From: Candidatus Sumerlaeaceae bacterium
Lineage (GTDB): Bacteria > Sumerlaeota > Sumerlaeia > Sumerlaeales > Sumerlaeaceae
Length of the DNA: 45,525 nucleotides
Direction of reading: 5' to 3'
NCBI GenBank assembly: GCA_049968255.1
Contig: JBMFRB010000012.1
Span: 1 to 45,525, forward strand
In this document: in pieces, positions 39,146-45,525 of the stretch
Position numbering within the stretch: position 1 is the first letter of the stretch
How the letters are laid out: the number at the start of each line of letters is the position of its first letter
Program-made: the position numbers and the translations under genes
The notes under the pieces: generated by a model
What the model was told of the DNA's origin: nothing
Seen by the model: only the letters and a program-made list of their open reading frames with translations
Databases searched by the model: none

Positions 39146-39451
39146 ATGTCGCGCGAACGCAACGAGCGCTGGCAGGGGGAAGTGACCAATGAATTGCTAC
39201 ACATTTCAGAGCGCCTGGCCGGACTCGAACGCCGGCTCGAAGGGCTGGAGAACCACATCTGTCAGCTTTTTAACCAACATCTTGATTATCACACCGCCAA
39301 CGAGCACCTGTGGGGACTTCTGCGCTGGGCGCAGCGTTATCCTCTTCGCTTTGCCGTGCTTGTGGCCGGCGCCCTCCTATGGTTGCATGCCCCCGATGTT
39401 TCTCTCGTGCCTGCGCTTGTTCGCGACGTCCTCCTGCGCCTCGTGCGCTAA
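39146..39451 (+). CDS. Small coiled-coil plus C-terminal transmembrane protein (holin/XhlA-like architecture)
   Basis: 101 aa after AAGGAGGTCAGGAGG. Heptad-like ISERLAGLERRLEGLE, then hydrophobic FAVLVAGALLWL and a basic tail. Confidence 0.65.
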   Translation: MSRERNERWQGEVTNELLHISERLAGLERRLEGLENHICQLFNQHLDYHTANEHLWGLLRWAQRYPLRFAVLVAGALLWLHAPDVSLVPALVRDVLLRLVR

Positions 39452-39492
39452 GGCGCCGGAGAGTGACGAGGGCACCGGCGAGCCGGCCCAGG

Positions 39493-40683
39493 CTAGGCGC
39501 GGTGCTTTGGGTCAAGCGCATCGCGCAGGCCATCGCCTAGAAAATTGAAGGCACACACAGTGACGATGATAAAGGACGCCGGCGCGAACAGTAGCCAGGG
39601 ATAGTTCTTGATCGTCGTGAGGCTTTGCGCCTGCTCGAGCATGATCCCCCAGCTCACTTGGGGCTCCTGGATTCCTACACCCAGGTAGCTTAGAGCCACC
39701 TCGCCAAGAATGTAGCCAGGAATGGCAATCGTCGCGGCCACGATCACGTAGCTAAACGTGTTCGGGAGAATATGCAGTGCGATGATGCGCAGAGTGGAGG
39801 CCCCCATAGCCCGCGCCGCCGTCACGAAATCCTGTTCCTTGATTGCCAGCACCATACCGCGCACCACCCGCGCCTGCCCCGCCCATCCGATAAATGCTAA
39901 TATGATCACGATCATAACATACATCTGTGTGGAAGTCAGTTGGGCGCCTCCCAGCCCCAGCACGCCCCGGGTTTGGAAGTATGCACGCAAGGCGATGATG
40001 AGATAAAGCGTGGGAATTGAAAGCAGAAACTCGACGCCACGCATAATGATCCGGTCCCACCACCCACCAAAATAGCCCGCCAAAGCTCCCATGAACATGC
40101 CGATGGCCAGCGAAATGGTAATGCCCACGAGGCCAATCGAGAGCGAGATTTTCCCGCCCTCGATGCAACGGCTAAAGACGTCCTTCCCCACGCTGTCGGT
40201 GCCGAGCAAGTGGATGCGCCCCGGCGGGTCCACGCCAAAGAGCCGCTTCTTCATCGGGATGACCCACCACAGCTTGTAAGGGGTGCCGTCCACGAAAAAT
40301 CGGATCGGATATTTTTTCGAAAGATCATATTTCCACGTCTGGCGCACCGGATCAACTATCACCATCCCGTAAACGAACGGCCGCAGATGAAACTTGCCCT
40401 CCTCATCCACAAAGCGCGGGAGCATCGGCGGATGGTTTGTCATGGCGTAATTGCGCTCGGCAGGATCATAGGGCGAGACAAAGCTTCCGAAGATGGTAAT
40501 GAGGTAGAGCACGGCCAACACCGCAGCGGCGATCATCGCCGTTCGGTTGCGCTGCAGGCGTCGCCATGCCAGCCGTCCTGGCGAATAGCTTACGCTGGTC
40601 TCGTCGGTTTCCGTCGGTAAAGGGGTTGCCCCACCTTCCGAAAGGCGCGACGGCGGAACAATGTTCTTTTCCGGCTCAGTCAT
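39493..40683 (-). CDS. Peptide/nickel ABC transporter permease, DppC/OppC type
   Basis: HLLGTDSVGKDVFSR, EAA-like FVTAARAMGAS, HILPN, FNFLGDGLRDALDP. Confidence 0.93.
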   Translation of the reverse strand: MTEPEKNIVPPSRLSEGGATPLPTETDETSVSYSPGRLAWRRLQRNRTAMIAAAVLAVLYLITIFGSFVSPYDPAERNYAMTNHPPMLPRFVDEEGKFHLRPFVYGMVIVDPVRQTWKYDLSKKYPIRFFVDGTPYKLWWVIPMKKRLFGVDPPGRIHLLGTDSVGKDVFSRCIEGGKISLSIGLVGITISLAIGMFMGALAGYFGGWWDRIIMRGVEFLLSIPTLYLIIALRAYFQTRGVLGLGGAQLTSTQMYVMIVIILAFIGWAGQARVVRGMVLAIKEQDFVTAARAMGASTLRIIALHILPNTFSYVIVAATIAIPGYILGEVALSYLGVGIQEPQVSWGIMLEQAQSLTTIKNYPWLLFAPASFIIVTVCAFNFLGDGLRDALDPKHRA

Positions 40684-41650
40684 AGCGAATCCTTGGGTCG
40701 TTCAAAGCAAGCAGAAGATCAGCCAGCAGATTACCGAGGATTAGCATCACACTAGCGAGCATGACCGCCGCAGCCACGACAAACATGTCCTTGGAGTTAT
40801 AGGCCTCGATGGTCGTGCGGCCGAGGCCTGGCCAAGCCATCACATTCTCGACAAGGAAGGCGCCGCTCAATAAATCGCTGAATGCAAAGCCAAATAGCGT
40901 GATCATTGGGTTCAAGGCATTACGCAACGCATGGCGCAGCACCGCTTGGCGATAGCTAAGCCCTTTCGCCAGAGCAGTGCGCATGTAATCAGCACGCAGC
41001 GCATCGAGCAAGTTCGAGCGCATTTGCCGCGTGTAGATGGCCAGGCCGCCCGCGCCCAACACGATCGTGGGCAGCACGAGGTGACGCGCGATATCCTTCA
41101 TGCGTTCCCATGTCGAGCCAAGTTGGGTGTAGTTATCCGATGTCATGCCACCCGTGGGCAACCACTCCGTGCGCGCAGCGAAATAAATAGCGAAGAGCGC
41201 CAGCAGGACAGCCGGAATGGAGAGACCAAGAAATGCGACTGCCGAAGCCAAGCGATCTGGCCAAGAATTCTGCCGAACAGCAGCCACTATTCCCAGCGGG
41301 ACGCCGATCAACCAGGCGAAGAGTGTGGAACTCAGCGCCAGCAGGAACGTATTGAACAGACGCTGCCCAATGAGATCGGCCACAGGTATTTTATAGGCAA
41401 AGCTATTGCCGAGATTGCCGTGGAACACCACGCCCCACACCCAGCGCGCCCACACCTCATACCATGGCCGGTCCAACCCTAGCCGCTGCACCTCGCGCTC
41501 AAGGAATTCCGCCGGGATCTTTGGGTCCATTCGTAGCGCTGAAAGGAAATCGCCGGGCGAGTGAAATAGCAGAAAGAACGTCACCAGCGAGATCGCCAGC
41601 AACAGAGGAACGGCTTCGAAGAGCCGCCGGATGATGAGCCGTGCAATCAT
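40676..41650 (-). CDS. Peptide/nickel ABC transporter permease, DppB/OppB type
   Basis: GLDRP, GNLGNS, DYMRTALAKGL, HALRNAL, WPGLG, DPRIR. GGGAGG RBS before ATG 41650. Confidence 0.93.
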   Translation of the reverse strand: MIARLIIRRLFEAVPLLLAISLVTFFLLFHSPGDFLSALRMDPKIPAEFLEREVQRLGLDRPWYEVWARWVWGVVFHGNLGNSFAYKIPVADLIGQRLFNTFLLALSSTLFAWLIGVPLGIVAAVRQNSWPDRLASAVAFLGLSIPAVLLALFAIYFAARTEWLPTGGMTSDNYTQLGSTWERMKDIARHLVLPTIVLGAGGLAIYTRQMRSNLLDALRADYMRTALAKGLSYRQAVLRHALRNALNPMITLFGFAFSDLLSGAFLVENVMAWPGLGRTTIEAYNSKDMFVVAAAVMLASVMLILGNLLADLLLALNDPRIRYD

Positions 41651-43043
41651 GGCCGGGCGCACACCTCCCCAGCCCGAGTGATGAGTACGGGCAATGGACA
41701 CGAATTGTTCCAGGAGCTAAAGAGCAGTCTCCCGCTCTCAGACGGAGCGGCAACTGCCCTTAGGTTCCTCGAGAAACCGAGGCATGGCCCAATGGCGGCG
41801 ACGCCGAGTCGCATCGTCCCGACGGGGGTGCTCCTCACGCGAAAGTTGGTGCATCGGAAGCGCACGGGGGCGCCCACGCCCAGAAAGAATGTGTCCGTCG
41901 CGAAGAGACAAGCAAACTCATAATCGCCGCGAAAGCTCGCGCCTTGAGCAGCTCCGAAGCAACCCCCGCCCCGTTTCGGAGAGGCCGACCGGACGGAAAC
42001 GAGAACTTCACCGCTGCACGCCGGAAAGCCAAGCCATGCCTTCGCTCGAGCACAGAGCTGCTTGTCGGGCGCCGCACAGGCGCGAGAACACCCCGTCCGA
42101 AACTCGGCAGCAGAACCACAAGGCGGGGGACAAAGTCGACTCCTACGCGCAAAGTCACGCACCACCGTCGCCAGAGCACACTCTTGTATGAGGCGAGCGT
42201 GTACGTTCCTCCCAGACTCGGGATCGCCGTGAGTCCACTGTCCAGTGCTTTGATCCGTGCAACAGAAGTTCATCTCTCAGAAAACTCCGCGAGCCCGACG
42301 CGAGTCATCATGAGAAAAAGTAAGAGAAGTTCGCGGCGACAGCGCAAGCGTGAAGAACATTGACCCAGCCCAGACAGGCTCGAGCGCTGTTTCGATAGAA
42401 ATTTGCGCTGGCATACGTTTCGTGGGCGTGGGGACACGTAGATGCATAGCGGATCATTTCTCAGAAACGTTTACGCGCTGAGGGGGAATGGACCGGAAAT
42501 CGATAAAGGGGAGAAGTCACCAAAGCACGGGATGACCGCTCCGAACTTGCTTTTTCGAAGAGCGCGCGAGTCTCGGCGGGCGGCGCTCTCGAAATGCTCG
42601 GACGGCCATCGCCGCACGGCGTTTGGCTCGAACGTGCGGGCGCTTCCACTTCGCACGGCGCACCGGGTGCCACATTTGCGCCCAGAGTTTTGTGTGCACG
42701 CTTGGGCAGGGCGCGAAAGAAGGCAATGGCGACCTCCAAAACCGATGCACCGAAACCGATGGGCTAATCTCGCGCGGCGTGGTGAGGGTTGGGGACTCCA
42801 AACGCTCTTTCTGAGACCGCGCTGGCTAAGACAGCACGAGATCGAAGTGTGAGGCGCACCGACCACCGTTTGGCCCGTGGCGCTTGTTCCGCGGTCTTTA
42901 CACTAGGATCTCGCAACAGAGATCTCGCTGAGCTTGACACGGGAATGCGGTGGGCTTCGGAGTTGATCTGCACATGATACTCAGATTGCTTTTCTTTTTC
43001 ACCGCGGTGCAAAGCTGCCGCAGGTCCCTAGGTTAGTGCGCAA

Positions 43044-44996
43044 ATGCCACGGCGCCCGAAATCACGAAAAGACCTGAGAAGCGGCTCGCTTGGTGGGGCC
43101 TCTAGCGCCGGCGCCCACTCGAGCCATCTTGCGCGGTCCGCAAATCCGGTCCCGTCACCGGTGTGGATGCGTGCCTTTACGCGTGTGGCCGAGCGCCGTG
43201 GGGCCGTGTTAGTTGCTGCGGTGGCCCTCGTCGTACGGCTTGCTCACTGGGCTTTTGTCAGAATTTACGATCCCTTTTACGCGCACACGCTCCCTGAAAC
43301 GGACATGCACACTTACTGGGAGTGGGCCAAGGCAATTGCTGCCGGCGATTGGCTCAGTCGCAAGCAGGGGGCTTTCTATTACGGTCCTCTTTATCCTTAT
43401 TGGCTCGCTTTGTGGTTTCGGTTTTTCGGCCCCAATTTCGATGTTGTGCACGGCCTGCAGGCAGCGATTGGTGTAGTAGCCCCTCTGGCAATATGGAGCC
43501 TGACCCGTCGGCTTATCGGCGCACGAGAGGGGCTCGTGGCGGGTCTGCTCATTGCGACGGCAGCTCCCATCATCTTTTACGAGCAGCTCTTGCTGATGGA
43601 AGGACTGCTTGTTGCCATCCACGCATTGTTCATTTGGAGCGTGGGTCGAGGTCTTTCCGACGAGAGGCGCCAAGCATGGCATTGGGCGGCCCTTAGCGGT
43701 TTGCTCGCCGGACTCGCGTGTCTTGGCCGTGGCAATTTTCAGCTTGTGGCACTGCTTTTTCTGGCGGTATGGTATGTCGCGCCCCGCTTTTGTCGGTCCG
43801 ACACAGGAGGAACGTGTGGCTCACAAGCTGAGGCGTCAGCGCACTCACCACGTGCCGCCGGCGTCTTCGACGGCCTACGAAAGCTCGACCAGGAGAGGTT
43901 GCGCGCTGTTGCCGCCTATGCCGCCACGCTGGGTCTCGTGCTTGGCCTCAGCTTGGCGCGCAACGGTCTCGTCGGCGACAAATGGGTTCTCACAACAAGC
44001 AATGGGCCCATTCTTCTCTACCTCGGGAATGCGCCCGACTCGATGGGGATATTTCATTATCCTGATAGCTTTTTCGCAATCGACGCGAAATATGGTGGCG
44101 ACCGCGGCGCTGTGCCGTGGACGCGAGAACTGCTGGTGGCGATCGCTCACCAACCTCTGCAGTTTGTGAAGGGACTAGCGCGCAAGATAGCTCTCTTTCT
44201 CAGCGCTTATGAAGTGGCCGACAACGCAAATTTCTACCTCTTGGGTCGATTCAGTCCGCTGGTGAGGTGGAATCCTTTTGGCTGGCAGCTCATCCTCTCC
44301 TTTGGGGTCCTCGGGTTGTGGCTCGAACGCCGACATTGGCGGGATCACTTTTTCCTCTATGCCTACGCTGCAAGCTTCGCGCTGTCCATCGTCGCAGTCT
44401 TTGTTGTGGGACGTTACCGGCTGGAATTTCTTCTTCCCATGGCGGTCTGGGCAGGCGCGGGAATGATCCACCTGCTTGAGGCCCTGGCGCAACGCCGCTG
44501 GCGGCGAGCTGCAGCCCTCACGGCGGTGGCTATAGCCCTCTGGATAGCGTTTGCGCCGCGATGGTCACCGGCAATCGGACTCAACACTCCCCCAGGCATC
44601 GCTGGGGTCCGCCCTATTCGGCCCAATGACTATACGCTGCTAGCGCGGGCTTTTCTCGAATCAAATCGCCTGCGCGAGGCAGAAGAGACGCTGGCCGAGG
44701 GATTTGCCGAACACCCATGGGATCAAACTCTGGCAAAGAATTTGGCACTCATGTTAGAGCACAGGGGCGAGCTCCTGCGCGCAAGCGATGTGCTTCGCCG
44801 CTATCTGGCGTTTATGGCCAACGACATCGATATGGCGCGCGAGTTGGCGAGACTCCTGGCACGGGCAGGTCGCCTGGAAGAGAGTCGAGGACTGCTGCAG
44901 CAGCTCATGGAGATTGCGCCGAATGATACGCGCACGCGCCAGCTTCTCGAAGAAGTCCGGGCGAGGCAGGGCGCGCAAGCCCAATCGTCGCCCTAA
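43044..44996 (+). CDS. GT-C fold membrane glycosyltransferase (GT39/ArnT-PMT_2-like) with C-terminal TPR-like helices
   Basis: First loop D..TY..WA, PLYPYWLA, many transmembrane helices, LYLGN, RYRL motif, helical TPR-like tail. Confidence 0.8.
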   Translation: MPRRPKSRKDLRSGSLGGASSAGAHSSHLARSANPVPSPVWMRAFTRVAERRGAVLVAAVALVVRLAHWAFVRIYDPFYAHTLPETDMHTYWEWAKAIAAGDWLSRKQGAFYYGPLYPYWLALWFRFFGPNFDVVHGLQAAIGVVAPLAIWSLTRRLIGAREGLVAGLLIATAAPIIFYEQLLLMEGLLVAIHALFIWSVGRGLSDERRQAWHWAALSGLLAGLACLGRGNFQLVALLFLAVWYVAPRFCRSDTGGTCGSQAEASAHSPRAAGVFDGLRKLDQERLRAVAAYAATLGLVLGLSLARNGLVGDKWVLTTSNGPILLYLGNAPDSMGIFHYPDSFFAIDAKYGGDRGAVPWTRELLVAIAHQPLQFVKGLARKIALFLSAYEVADNANFYLLGRFSPLVRWNPFGWQLILSFGVLGLWLERRHWRDHFFLYAYAASFALSIVAVFVVGRYRLEFLLPMAVWAGAGMIHLLEALAQRRWRRAAALTAVAIALWIAFAPRWSPAIGLNTPPGIAGVRPIRPNDYTLLARAFLESNRLREAEETLAEGFAEHPWDQTLAKNLALMLEHRGELLRASDVLRRYLAFMANDIDMARELARLLARAGRLEESRGLLQQLMEIAPNDTRTRQLLEEVRARQGAQAQSSP

Positions 44997-45525
44997 CCAC
45001 AGCGGTCCCGCGGGATGCACGCTGTTTCGCGGCGTCACGAGAAGGCGCGCCCCCGGGTCAGAGCGGGGCGAGCCCGCCTGTACAATGCAGCCCATAACGT
45101 TCCCCACATCCTCGGATGCGAACAACATGGAAACGAGTCCCTCGTGCTCTTTCTCCCTTCTCATCTATCGTCCCGCTTCTCACTCATGGATTGCCCGCGA
45201 GAGAGATAAAGGATTCGCAAAGCAGTGCCAGAGGCGTGAGGCACAAGGCCCCCCGATACCTCGCCGGTGCGCTCCCCTGCAATCAAGATGAGACCCAGGT
45301 TTTGATGGGGGGCGCCAAGCAACAGAAGAATGGCCAAGCGTTGCGGCGCGTCGTGCTAGTGGAAACATGTCTGCCGAAAAGACAAGAGAGATCGCGACGG
45401 CTCACTTGAGATGCTGCGAAAAAAGCCGATCGGCAAACATAGCAATTCAGTGGGCATGAAACAATATGATGACGCTGTCAGCGGAGATCTGAGAACGTTG
45501 AGTGAATCGGTTTAAATAAATCGCA

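Noticed and set aside
33210-39451. Complete prophage
   Set aside because: No terminase, tail, replication, transposase/integrase or att sites are visible, and host-type genes flank and interrupt the region.
1-45525. tRNA, rRNA, CRISPR array or IS element
   Set aside because: GGTTCGA-like hits (for example near 14262, 26887 and 28797) lack cloverleaf context. No regular repeat-spacer pattern or transposase motif was seen by eye; tRNAscan or Infernal would be decisive.

Overview
A GC-rich bacterial chromosomal window, probably from a diderm (it has an outer-membrane beta-barrel and a lipoprotein). Most of it is housekeeping or metabolic: a type III restriction Res helicase-nuclease at the left edge, lpdA, a dCMP deaminase, pyrE, a GH94 phosphorylase with nanE, hisS-aspS, an orphan DNA methyltransferase, an AlgE-like porin, DUF819, mqnA, a NapH/NapG-like polyferredoxin, 2-oxoacid:ferredoxin oxidoreductase alpha/beta, a short ArgA-like GNAT, sppA, two peptide ABC permeases and a GT-C/TPR protein. 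The standout is a minimal, intact Mu-like phage head module at 33210-37440: DUF935 portal, prohead protease/scaffold, DUF2190 decoration protein and major capsid protein. It sits among host genes with no terminase, tail, transposase or integrase in the window. A perfect GAAC-N4-GTTC (Gram-positive-type LexA box) palindrome precedes the protease-decoration-capsid genes and a hairpin follows the capsid gene. A small holin/XhlA-like gene and an unusual Hel308/Ski2-like helicase with a C-terminal OmpR-type winged helix lie nearby. My inference is a candidate domesticated, possibly SOS-controlled capsid system (dispersed gene-transfer-agent-like or nanocompartment). I saw no tRNA, rRNA or CRISPR array. 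All family calls come from motif recognition by eye; no database searches were run.
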